Source: an archaeon
Lineage (GTDB): Archaea > Nanobdellota > Nanobdellia > Woesearchaeales > GW2011-AR9
Direction: 5' to 3'
Length of the DNA: 64,000 nucleotides
Assembly (NCBI GenBank): GCA_018696395.1
Contig: JABHQR010000023.1
Coordinates: 15,180-79,179, forward strand
Shown: positions 49,253 to 58,443 of the stretch, in pieces
Numbering within the stretch: the first letter of the stretch is position 1
Layout: each line of letters begins with the position of its first letter
Position numbers and translations under genes: made by a program
Notes under the pieces: generated by a model
What the model was told of the DNA's origin: nothing
The model's input: the letters and a program-made list of their open reading frames with translations, nothing else
Databases searched by the model: none

Positions 49253-49768
49253 ATGATAAATGAATTAATAACAGAACTGGAAAGTTCCATAGTTTTTAAA
49301 GATTGGAAAAAAAACAATCTAAAAAGTTATTTATCTCATTTTTTTAAACAAGTAAATTCTGAAATAGAAGATAAATCCGATTGGGATATTGGTTATTATA
49401 ATCAAGAAAACGAAAAAGTTACTGTGTTTAGTATTGATAATGAAGGAAATTTCATATTAAAAAATACTGATGATGTTTTCAAAAAAGAAACTAGCGTAGT
49501 AGAACTTTTAGATATGGGAAACGTTAAACTTAATTTCCCTGAAGCAGTTGAGAAATTCAAGGAATTAATTCCAAAAGAATTTTCAGCAGAAGCTTTAATG
49601 TTAGGTGATGGATTTGTAATATTACAATGTCTTAACCAAAAAACTACATGGAACTTAACTTTAATAACTAAGAAACTTACTATGATTAACCTTAAAATTT
49701 CTAGTCAAGAGGGAAAATTAATCTCTAAAGACGAAGTTAACTTTTTACAGCAAGGGCCTACTGCTTGA
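49253..49768 (+). CDS. Hypothetical protein
   Basis: Co-oriented after tfs; ATG at 49253 in the frame of the track ORF. Confidence 0.7.
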   Translation: MINELITELESSIVFKDWKKNNLKSYLSHFFKQVNSEIEDKSDWDIGYYNQENEKVTVFSIDNEGNFILKNTDDVFKKETSVVELLDMGNVKLNFPEAVEKFKELIPKEFSAEALMLGDGFVILQCLNQKTTWNLTLITKKLTMINLKISSQEGKLISKDEVNFLQQGPTA

Positions 49769-49824
49769 TATTGATGTTTATTTACCATAAAATTTAATTA
49801 CTTCTTTACATTATAACCTAACTT

Positions 49825-50352
49825 ATGAACATTGAAGTTGAAATTAGATCTTTCATATCGAAAGAAAAGTATGAACAATTGATAGAGTTCTTTACAAAAA
49901 AGGGTAAATTTGTTAATGAAGATTATCAAGAAACATTCTATTTTGACTGTGAACAAGACCTTAGAATTCAAAAAAATAAATTTTATTCTAAAGTTTGGCT
50001 TAAAAAAGGTAAACTTCATGATGACCATAGAGAAGAGTTAGAAATTAAATGTGATGTTGAAGATTTTGAAATTTTAGAAAAAATTTTTACTTCTATGGGA
50101 TATGATATTGAAATTAAATGGTTCAGAAATAGACATACTTTTGAATGGCAAGGGGTTAGCATTATGTTAGATTATTCTAAAGGTTATGGTCACATTATTG
50201 AACTAGAAAAAATGTCAGATGAATCAAATAAAGAAAAAGTTTTGTTTGAATTAAAAGAAAAATTAAATTCACTTAATATAATTGAAACTTCTAAAGAAGA
50301 GTTTAAACAAAAGTATGAACATTACAAACTTAATTGGAAATCTTTAGTTTAA
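49825..50352 (+). CDS. CYTH domain protein (class IV adenylate cyclase / triphosphatase)
   Basis: N-term EVEIR (ExExK-like), LRIQK, REELE, LD..KG.G..IELE. Confidence 0.85.
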   Translation: MNIEVEIRSFISKEKYEQLIEFFTKKGKFVNEDYQETFYFDCEQDLRIQKNKFYSKVWLKKGKLHDDHREELEIKCDVEDFEILEKIFTSMGYDIEIKWFRNRHTFEWQGVSIMLDYSKGYGHIIELEKMSDESNKEKVLFELKEKLNSLNIIETSKEEFKQKYEHYKLNWKSLV

Positions 50353-50497
50353 ACTTGTTGAGATTAGTTAGTAAAAAAACTTAATTTTTGCTAATAAGAA
50401 TTAATCTTTGTTCAGACAATAACGTTAATACATTCAGTAGTAATGTGACAAACTAGGCAATAGTAATAAATTGAAATAATTTACATTGAGTGGTATC

Positions 50498-50540
50498 GGC
50501 TTCTAGAATATATATTCTACAGCCATAGTGTTTATATATC
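50498..50540 (+). promoter_or_regulatory. Perfect 16-bp palindrome immediately upstream of a TATA box
   Basis: TAGAATATATATTCTA (50504-50519) flanked by GGCT/AGCC; TTTATATA at 50531-50538. Confidence 0.5.
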
Positions 50541-50580
50541 ATTTCAGGTTTTAAAAATGTATTAAAGAGGTGATTCAGAA

Positions 50581-50664
50581 ATGGCAGTTTCTTATCAAGC
50601 ACAAGTTGGATGTAAAAGACTTAACGCATTTTTTGTAAAGGAAAATAGCGAGGAAGAAGAGTAA
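50581..50664 (+). CDS. Putative 27-aa peptide gene (not in ORF track)
   Basis: GAGGTGA RBS 7 nt before the ATG; MAVSYQAQVGCKRLNAFFVKENSEEEE; T-run after the stop. Confidence 0.55.
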   Translation: MAVSYQAQVGCKRLNAFFVKENSEEEE

Positions 50665-50783
50665 TTTTTTCATTCTTATTTATTTCTTATTTGATTAATT
50701 ATTAATTCAAGAATTATTTGATTAATTTCTTAAAATTTAACCAAAGCAAAACCCATATAAAGGTTCTGTTTTTCATTTAATTT

Positions 50784-51281
50784 ATGAAGTTTAAAGCTAA
50801 GAAAAGTTATGGAGATTACAAAACTAGTACTTGTCCTTTCTGTGACAGAACAGCTACCCATAAGAATGAACAGGGCCTAGATGTTTGTTTACAACATAAA
50901 AGTGAATCATTAGAAGAGTTCAGGTGTACTTGTGGTTCTTGGTTAGAAGCTCGTAGTGGAAAATTTGGCCCTTATTTTAATTGTATGAATTGTGGTAATG
51001 TGAATTATAACAAAGCAATGGAAATTAAAAGTATGACTTCAAAGATTAAGTTTAATTCAGAGGTAAAACCAAATTCAAACTACAAAATTAATAATTCTAA
51101 TGATAACAACAATTATCAAAGTACAGTTCAACCTAAAAAAATTGAAACTAAAAGAACTAAAGTAAAGAAAACTTTAGCCGAATTAGAAAGAGAAGAATTG
51201 AAAAGAAAATATTATAATAAAGGTAATTCAAATAAAAAAGAGACCACAATTACTAGTGATGATCACCAGTATTTTAGTTAA
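50784..51281 (+). CDS. Zinc-ribbon protein (topoisomerase I C4-finger-like)
   Basis: CPFC...VC..H and CTCG..LE.RSGKFGPYFNCMNC. Confidence 0.75.
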   Translation: MKFKAKKSYGDYKTSTCPFCDRTATHKNEQGLDVCLQHKSESLEEFRCTCGSWLEARSGKFGPYFNCMNCGNVNYNKAMEIKSMTSKIKFNSEVKPNSNYKINNSNDNNNYQSTVQPKKIETKRTKVKKTLAELEREELKRKYYNKGNSNKKETTITSDDHQYFS

Positions 51282-51306
51282 AAATAAGAGATATTAGAAA
51301 AAAAAC

Positions 51307-52272
51307 TCATCTCTTAAAAAAGTCACTTCCCTTTGCATCAAACATAATCTTGTCAAGAACTTTGCCCATAGCTTGTTTCATTTCATCCTTACTAGAATAA
51401 AGATTAAATCTGTGTATATCTGGAACTTCTGATCCATAAAGATGTGACCCCTCATCATATAATATGTCTAACCAAGCAGAAGCATACCTACGATTGACCA
51501 ATAATTGATAATCAACATTAAGTTCATGATCATCTAAAATCCTTCCACTACTTCTTTCTTCTTTAAGTTCAAGATATTGTTTTTTAGTCCAGTCCTTAGA
51601 TGCACAAGCAATAAAAAGATGTGTTGGAGGATTAGAAAAAGCAATTTTATGACCTGGCAAATTAAGATAATCTTTCTGTTTGATCCCTTCCTCTAATTTA
51701 TTAACATCAAGTATTTGGTAACAAGCAGATTCTTCACTTCTACTTCTAATAATTATTTTTCCTGCTTCCCGTAAAGGTCCTCTGAAACGAAGAAATTCAT
51801 CAATACGATATACTTGATGAGTTAAAGCTGCAGAGTATGGGTCCATTTCTGAACCAAACTGAGATCTGTTTTGTTCAATAACCCTATTAACTTGTCCCGC
51901 ACCCCTTTTAGTAGGTTCTTCCATAATCCAAACATCAGCAGAATCAGGATCAATGTAAGAAGTAATTGGATTTTTCACACATGAAGCCAATTCTAAATCT
52001 TGTTGTAATTGATATATTTTAAAAATTGCTTGTTCTAAACTAAAACCATCAAATGAACCCCTTTTCAGGAACTCGTCCAATGATTTATACTCTTGATTAA
52101 ATTCATTAAGTCTTTCAGTATGAAACAAAGCATCAAGCTCTGTCCCTCTTAAATCTCTTACTTTTAATCCCCTATCTTCATAATATTCAACCATATCATT
52201 AATTTGTGTACTAGTCCCACTCATGTCTGGACCACCTATAACTAAATCAATAAATTTGTTTTCTGAAATCAT
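51307..52272 (-). CDS. Thymidylate kinase-like P-loop kinase
   Basis: VIGGPDMSGTSTQI (cf. Tmk EG.DGSGK.TQ; Lys replaced by Thr), EEPT, IIIRSR...S..YQ; directly downstream of thyX. Confidence 0.7.
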   Translation of the reverse strand: MISENKFIDLVIGGPDMSGTSTQINDMVEYYEDRGLKVRDLRGTELDALFHTERLNEFNQEYKSLDEFLKRGSFDGFSLEQAIFKIYQLQQDLELASCVKNPITSYIDPDSADVWIMEEPTKRGAGQVNRVIEQNRSQFGSEMDPYSAALTHQVYRIDEFLRFRGPLREAGKIIIRSRSEESACYQILDVNKLEEGIKQKDYLNLPGHKIAFSNPPTHLFIACASKDWTKKQYLELKEERSSGRILDDHELNVDYQLLVNRRYASAWLDILYDEGSHLYGSEVPDIHRFNLYSSKDEMKQAMGKVLDKIMFDAKGSDFFKR

Positions 52273-52285
52273 TTATTACACCCCT

Positions 52286-53872
52286 TTACTTTTCATCTGA
52301 ATAAAACTGCTTTCTAATCTGATCAAACTCATGTTTACCACCATAAAATGCAGCAGTTAATGGGTTTACTTCTTTTGCAATTTTAACCATTTGATTAGCA
52401 ATATTTCTAATATCCCACTGAGCATGAAGGTCACACCTTAATCTTGAAAAAGCACACATCTCACGATCATTAATTTTCATCTTAACTAATCTCCTATGTG
52501 CGTTTGTAAGAACATATTGTGCAGATGAAAAACCCTTACCTTGATCCCTTAACCCATCAGAAATTTTAAAATAAGATGAAGATCCCATATTACAAATATC
52601 TTTTAACTCTTGATCTTTTCCAATTTGTTTAATAGATTCTGGCACAGTGATTCCTAAATGGGGATCATAATCTTTAGCTATTTGAGTTGTCATCCTATGT
52701 CTTTTAAGTTGTGCATAACAACTTGCCGAGATATTCAACTGAAATTCATAATCTCCAAATTCAGCTTCTCTTGGTAATGCATCAAATCTACCTGTATCTT
52801 TCAAAACTTCACGAATAAATTTTTTCTTATCATCATCAGCCATAATCCCATAAACTCTATCTGCCATTTCAAAAGTAATTGGAACATTTCTATGCACTAA
52901 AAGCGTTGAGATTAATTTTTTATCACAATCATCTGAATCTAAAAGAATAACATCATTAGTGTCCCCGATACTATCATTAAGTCTTTTAATAAAATTACCC
53001 CAACCCATAAAATAATTACCAATTGCATTCTGAATATTTTCTACACCATTTTCAAACTGTGAGTTGTCCAGCTCAATCCCCTTAAATTTCTCGAATCTGT
53101 CATCATCAGCCATGATAATTAATGATGGCGCAATTTTAGCAGCTGGCTCATAAAGTAATCTTCCCAATTCTTGAATCTCTTCTAAATCTTCATACTTAAA
53201 TCCCCTAATAGCATATTCTAAATTCCTTGCGTTGGCAGCGAAAGCCAATTGTACTTCAGTCGCCATTGTTAAAGCATAACGAGCATCTTCTTTAGCCCAA
53301 CCTTCAATGGTGTTCATAGCACGATTCATTTTATCAGAAACGCCCCGAGCTTTAGCTTCTTTTGCTTGTTCAACTAATTCAGGATTTTGTGATTTTTGAT
53401 ATTCAATAAGTTCAGGTAAAACTTTGAAATAAAATTCATTTTGTCTTGTTACATTATTTAAAAAAAGTTCTCTTTGTCCCGAATCAAATTCTTTAGGTAT
53501 TATAAAATCACCATCTAAAGTGATGTAACGTTGAGACTTCTCTGTAAAAGAACATAATCTATGATGTTCAAGTTTTTCTACACCTAATCTAGAAAGCCCC
53601 ATAATACCATAGCCAAATGTAGCATGTTCAGCAATAGAATGATGGTTCATAGCATAAACAATTGTCCGATTAGACTTTCTTGCTTTCTTAACTTGTTCAC
53701 TAGCTTCATCAACAAGCTCTTTAATAGTTCTTGGATCTCTACTAATTCTAGCTGCTGCTGCTGAAAATACTTCAGGAGTAATTTCATCTTTAGTAGGATC
53801 AAAAGTTCCATCTTGTAATTTTTTTAATGTACCTACATCTACTGTATGTGCTGCAAGAAAAATATCTAACAT
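52286..53872 (-). CDS. thyX: FAD-dependent thymidylate synthase, tandem two-domain form
   Basis: HHSIAEHA, LEHHRLCSFTEKSQRY, EDARY.L; second domain QLKRHR, LR...HAQWDIR. Confidence 0.88.
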   Translation of the reverse strand: MLDIFLAAHTVDVGTLKKLQDGTFDPTKDEITPEVFSAAAARISRDPRTIKELVDEASEQVKKARKSNRTIVYAMNHHSIAEHATFGYGIMGLSRLGVEKLEHHRLCSFTEKSQRYITLDGDFIIPKEFDSGQRELFLNNVTRQNEFYFKVLPELIEYQKSQNPELVEQAKEAKARGVSDKMNRAMNTIEGWAKEDARYALTMATEVQLAFAANARNLEYAIRGFKYEDLEEIQELGRLLYEPAAKIAPSLIIMADDDRFEKFKGIELDNSQFENGVENIQNAIGNYFMGWGNFIKRLNDSIGDTNDVILLDSDDCDKKLISTLLVHRNVPITFEMADRVYGIMADDDKKKFIREVLKDTGRFDALPREAEFGDYEFQLNISASCYAQLKRHRMTTQIAKDYDPHLGITVPESIKQIGKDQELKDICNMGSSSYFKISDGLRDQGKGFSSAQYVLTNAHRRLVKMKINDREMCAFSRLRCDLHAQWDIRNIANQMVKIAKEVNPLTAAFYGGKHEFDQIRKQFYSDEK

Positions 53873-53928
53873 TTTTATCTACCTCTTTTTTTATTTTTTA
53901 TATTAATACTATTAACATTATAATTATT

Positions 53929-54135
53929 AAAAAAAGAAGGGGGCTAGCAGGCATTAATCACAACAACCTTCAAGCAAAAATAAGCCCTTAATTTTTGAGA
54001 TGGCTAAGCGTAGCTTAATCAAAAGGACTAAAAAGGTCTTATTTGTTGACTGTAACTGCCTCACCCCAAGGTCAGTTACAAAACCTGCTCACCATACAAC
54101 AATAATATCATATGATAATACCACCACCCCTTCAA
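53929..54135 (-). ncRNA. Candidate structured RNA (leader or stand-alone ncRNA) upstream of thyX
   Basis: Nested complementary segments, TATA-like TTTAAAAT ~25 nt before the 5' end, U7 tract at the 3' end; G-U pairs favour the minus strand. Confidence 0.55.
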
Positions 54136-54294
54136 TGAGAAAAGATTTAGTTAGTATTTTAAAGCATTTATGGTCTCGAAAATAGATTCTGATATCATAC
54201 CAATTTCAAACACAAATCAGAAACTTAAATTTTTCAGCATAATAATCATTTTAAAGTCTTAACAAAAAGACATTATCATAAACAGAGGTGACTT

Positions 54295-55311
54295 ATGATA
54301 ATCGGCGTAACAGGGGCATATGCTTCTGGAAAAGATACTGTAGCAAACATGTTACAGAAAATGAATTTTTATCACATTTCTTTATCAGACATTTTAAGAG
54401 AAGAACTTAAACTTCAAAAGAAAAAGCCAACCAGAGAAAATATGATTGAAGTTGGAAATAATCTTAGAACAACTTATGGCCCAAACATTCTAACTAAAAA
54501 AGCACTCAAAAAAGTAAGAGATGGTGAGAATTATATTTTTACATCAATAAGGAACCCAAAAGAAGTTGAATATTTGATGAACAGAGAAGATTTCTTATTG
54601 GTTAATGTCATCACACCTGAAAAAGTAAGGTTACGAAGAATTCTGGGTAGAGACAGAGAAGGCGACCCAAAAACATTGAAAGAATTAAGAGAAAGTGAGA
54701 AAAAAGAAAATAGTTCTAACCCAAACGCACAACAACTTAACACTGTTGCCAAAATGGCAAAAATTGTAATCAATAACGATTCTGATTTAGTTGCCCTAAA
54801 AAATAAAGTTGAAAAATTAGTAAAAGATTGGGTTTACAAATTACAAGATTCTAGACCTAACTGGGACGAATATTTCATGAACATAGCTGAAGTTGTTAAG
54901 AAAAGATGCAGTTGTATGTCAGCTAAAAAAGGTGCAATCCTTGTAAAAGATAAACAAATTCTTTCTACAGGATATAATGGGACTGCAAAAGGGATCAAAC
55001 ATTGTACTCAAGGTTCTTGTCCAAGATGTAATGATAGACATTTAGGAAAATTAAAGTCAGGAGATTATTCAGTAACTTGTATCTGTGCACATGCTGAAGA
55101 AAATGCAATTGTACAAGCAGCGTATAATGGAATTTCTACTAGAAGTGCAATATTATACACCACATTCACTCCGTGTAGTACTTGTGCCAGAATGATTATC
55201 AATGCGGGTATTGTTGAAGTTATTGCTAGAGTGTTATATCCAGATAGTATTGGGACACAATTACTTAAAGATGCAAAAGTTAAATTAAGAATCTTGAAAA
55301 AGAAAAAGTGA
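54295..55311 (+). CDS. P-loop nucleotide kinase fused to dCMP deaminase
   Basis: IGVTGAYASGKD; RPNWDEYFM.IA, GA.LVKD, STGYNG, HAEENAI, PCSTCA; GAGGTGA RBS. Confidence 0.88.
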   Translation: MIIGVTGAYASGKDTVANMLQKMNFYHISLSDILREELKLQKKKPTRENMIEVGNNLRTTYGPNILTKKALKKVRDGENYIFTSIRNPKEVEYLMNREDFLLVNVITPEKVRLRRILGRDREGDPKTLKELRESEKKENSSNPNAQQLNTVAKMAKIVINNDSDLVALKNKVEKLVKDWVYKLQDSRPNWDEYFMNIAEVVKKRCSCMSAKKGAILVKDKQILSTGYNGTAKGIKHCTQGSCPRCNDRHLGKLKSGDYSVTCICAHAEENAIVQAAYNGISTRSAILYTTFTPCSTCARMIINAGIVEVIARVLYPDSIGTQLLKDAKVKLRILKKKK

Positions 55312-55386
55312 CCAATAACTATAATGTTACGTGAAATTAAAAAATTAGGATTAATGTAAATCCTAAATTTTATTTTGATTTAAATT

Positions 55387-56697
55387 CTAACTCAATACAT
55401 CATCTAAATTATCTTCCCAGTTGTCATAATAAGTTCTATCAGTAATTTCGTTTAATGCAGCGATAGGTGCCAACTTAGTTCCGCTTGGAAGATCTTGATA
55501 AGCCCAATTAACAGCATCAGACCAATTTCCAGGTTGAGAGTTAGCATAATTGTCAGTAGAGAATGATAAGTAAGCAGAATCAGGATTTAATCTAATCCAG
55601 TTACCACTTCTTGTGAAACCATCATATGCTTGATGTATACTTGGTTTATCATCAAAAGGTTGAACATGTTCAGAACCAGCAAAAATTAAAATAACATTTA
55701 GATCCGAATTTAGGCCTAGATAATAATCATGATTTTCACTTACAGTTGTTCTAATCGGCCAGAATGGTCCTACTTCTTCCAAAGTTGCAACACCTTCAGG
55801 CCAAATGTCTAATTTCTGGTCAAGAACAGTTGTTAAGTCAACTGAATAATATCTTTCATCATAAGCAGTTGGACCAAAAGTAGTTAACCTAAATTCATCT
55901 TCATTTAAAATATTATTATCATTTTCATCAAAGAAAACTACACTTAGATTATAGTCATAATTTGCTAAAGAAAAATCAATTTCCAGATCATAAGGGTCAT
56001 AATCTTCAGGGTAAGAATAATAAGGAGTAGCTTCAGTTTTAACATAACCCAATTCTACTGCAAAAATTTCATCATTAGTAGGATTTTCTCTACCAACAAA
56101 CCAAGCAACGTTACTTAACTCTTCAGAATAGATTGATAAAGTATTAATTGAAATAACACCTGGATGTGAAAAAGCGTACAAACCAACATTATCATTTAAA
56201 GTGTCATAATGGTCATTTATGATATTACCTTTAACATCTTCTTTTTCTCCTAAAGCAAATAAAATTACTTCTTTTAATGCTAATTGACAATCTTCACCAC
56301 CATAATCATATTCACCATCACTAGAAACACCCGCAATATTATCTTCCATACCAGGCCAAAGATAGGTGATATAAACAAAGCCTTCTTCTTCAACACCAAT
56401 TTCATGAATAAAACCTTTTTCCCCAGTTAAAAAAGTAGATACACCTACAACAACAGGAGCACCATAATCATATTTTGGTTCTTCAGGAAAAATAATTTTT
56501 ACAGCAATATCACCAATTTCCTCAACATCAATGAATGTAATCATTTCATTTTTATTAGAATTGGAATAATTTTTAGAATTATTAACATCTAAATCTTGAT
56601 CAACTGAGCATGATATTAAGATTATAACTAAACTTAACAGAATAAAAAATCGAACAATAAATTTATTTACATCATTAAAAATCATTATAACACCCAC
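55387..56697 (-). CDS. Acidic secreted/lipoprotein, possibly alpha/beta-hydrolase fold
   Basis: Hydrophobic N-term ending ILISC; nucleophile-elbow-like VGLYAFSHPG; late AGSEHVQ. Confidence 0.55.
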   Translation of the reverse strand: MGVIMIFNDVNKFIVRFFILLSLVIILISCSVDQDLDVNNSKNYSNSNKNEMITFIDVEEIGDIAVKIIFPEEPKYDYGAPVVVGVSTFLTGEKGFIHEIGVEEEGFVYITYLWPGMEDNIAGVSSDGEYDYGGEDCQLALKEVILFALGEKEDVKGNIINDHYDTLNDNVGLYAFSHPGVISINTLSIYSEELSNVAWFVGRENPTNDEIFAVELGYVKTEATPYYSYPEDYDPYDLEIDFSLANYDYNLSVVFFDENDNNILNEDEFRLTTFGPTAYDERYYSVDLTTVLDQKLDIWPEGVATLEEVGPFWPIRTTVSENHDYYLGLNSDLNVILIFAGSEHVQPFDDKPSIHQAYDGFTRSGNWIRLNPDSAYLSFSTDNYANSQPGNWSDAVNWAYQDLPSGTKLAPIAALNEITDRTYYDNWEDNLDDVLS

Positions 56698-56745
56698 ATA
56701 ATTTCAAAAAAAATCACCATATGTATATCTGTTTAGTAACCATGA

Positions 56746-57003
56746 TTATTCTAAAACTTTTAAAACTTTGTTTCTAGATTTAGCTCCAGACTTAATTTCA
56801 ACTTTTAACCTAAACATTTTCTTAAACAATTTAACAAGTTCATCATTAGCTTTATTTTTATCAGGAACTGATTTAAGATAAACTTTAATCTGTTCATTAT
56901 CTTCAATAATTTCTTGTTTAGATGAATTTGGAACAACACGAATATTAAGTAAATTATTACTAAAATGCCTTTTTAAATTAATAGATTTCATCATAAAAAA
57001 CAT
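56746..57003 (-). CDS. DUF167 / YggU (UPF0235) protein
   Basis: IRVVPNS, KVYL...P...KAN.EL, VEI.SG.KSRNK. Confidence 0.88.
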   Translation of the reverse strand: MFFMMKSINLKRHFSNNLLNIRVVPNSSKQEIIEDNEQIKVYLKSVPDKNKANDELVKLFKKMFRLKVEIKSGAKSRNKVLKVLE

Positions 57004-57114
57004 AAAACTAATCCTTTTTAATTAAATTTCCATTTAATTGTCATCACCTAAGGGGAGCAAATATGTGCGAAATATTTATAAAAAAGCTGAATATTAACGT
57101 AAAAGATAATAAAA

Positions 57115-58443
57115 ATGGGAATAAAAGCACCTGATTTAAAATCAGAATTTAATAAAGTGAGAATAATTTACCTAGAAGGATTTAGCTTATACCAAAATTA
57201 TTCATATATGAAAGACATACATAAAGTAGAAGAATTAACATATTTTACTAATTCAATTTATCACAATCAAGATGATAACAGAATTGGTTTAGAAAAGATT
57301 CTTAAAAAAGTAAAAAATTGTAATTCAAAAAGATCATGGGAAAAAATAAGACCAACATTATCATTATTTTCACCATATAAAACAGTCCCTAATAGAACTG
57401 ATACAAATTTATTAGACCTTGTAGAATTATCCAAAAAAGAAGGGAGAAAAACAAGAAAAAAATATTTTGATAATATTACATCACATCAAGAAAAAGAAGT
57501 ATTTAACCTAATTAAAGGGTTAGATGATATGCATTCAAACAATGTAAGTTATAATTCCATTGAAGATTTCTTAACACAAGCAGGTATTCAAGACGAACTA
57601 ATTGAAGGAAACAGAGACCTTTGGGACTTTGCAAGACATCTTGAACATAATGAAGTTGTAAGTTATAACGAAACATACAAACTCGTAGACAAAAATGGTG
57701 AAAGATGGGTCCTTAAAGTCACTGATGTCGAACATAAAGCTAAAATAGAAGCTGCAGCTAATTATTACTTATCAGATCATTTTTCTTTTATTGTCCCAGG
57801 AATGTCGCCAGACCCGATAAAAATTAATGGTTTATATTTGACTTTACAAAAAGATGTTTCTGATAGAGAAGACTTACTAATTAAACAAAGTATTGACTAT
57901 TGGATAAGTAGTTTAGCTTTATTTCATAAAGAGGCAGAACATATTTTGTCAAGCCAAGGAATCATTGTGCCAGATCATGAAGTTATTGATTTTGATATTA
58001 TGAAAAATATTTATGATATTAGTGATAAAAGTCATGAATTAACCTTTGATTCAGAAAAAATTAAAGATGCAATTGATTATCTTAAAAGTACCGAGTCAAA
58101 ATACCTGGTTCATGGAGATGTAAAAAATGATAATCGTTTAGGAAGCATGTTAATTGATTTAGAACTTTGCGGCAAAGGTAACCCATCAATTGATTTAGCA
58201 TTGATTTTAATGCAATATAATGTTCCAAAAGAAAATTGGGTTAAACATTTACAAGATTATTTGACGATACGTGGTTCAGAAGATCACATGAAAGAACTAA
58301 CTGAATTAAGTAAAGGAATAGAGTACGCTGCAACTTACATAGGGTGTAAAGAATGTTGGGGATCACATACTAGAACAATTACTAAACAAACTACTAAAGA
58401 TGGGAGATTATTAAGGAAATATCTTTTAAGCATTGCAGCTTAA
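57115..58443 (+). CDS. Aminoglycoside/choline phosphotransferase-family kinase with N-terminal extension
   Basis: WVLK, LALFH, Brenner motif LVHGDVKNDN, LIDLE, G.PSIDLA. Confidence 0.78.
   Translation: MGIKAPDLKSEFNKVRIIYLEGFSLYQNYSYMKDIHKVEELTYFTNSIYHNQDDNRIGLEKILKKVKNCNSKRSWEKIRPTLSLFSPYKTVPNRTDTNLLDLVELSKKEGRKTRKKYFDNITSHQEKEVFNLIKGLDDMHSNNVSYNSIEDFLTQAGIQDELIEGNRDLWDFARHLEHNEVVSYNETYKLVDKNGERWVLKVTDVEHKAKIEAAANYYLSDHFSFIVPGMSPDPIKINGLYLTLQKDVSDREDLLIKQSIDYWISSLALFHKEAEHILSSQGIIVPDHEVIDFDIMKNIYDISDKSHELTFDSEKIKDAIDYLKSTESKYLVHGDVKNDNRLGSMLIDLELCGKGNPSIDLALILMQYNVPKENWVKHLQDYLTIRGSEDHMKELTELSKGIEYAATYIGCKECWGSHTRTITKQTTKDGRLLRKYLLSIAA

Noticed and set aside
53929-54135. RNase P, SRP RNA or tRNA identity for the structured region
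   Set aside because: The plus-strand AGAAGGGGGCTA resembles the RNase P 3' conserved region, but no upstream GAGGAAAGTCC-like partner exists. No SRP helix-8 motif or tRNA T-loop was found.
54000-54185. 61-aa ORF in the track
   Set aside because: It overlaps the structured RNA candidate on the opposite strand, with no clear RBS or protein motif.
44164-58443. Aminoglycoside-resistance island (Rmt-like methyltransferase plus APH-like kinase)
   Set aside because: The genes are 12 kb apart among housekeeping genes with no mobility features, and APH-fold kinases have many non-antibiotic substrates.
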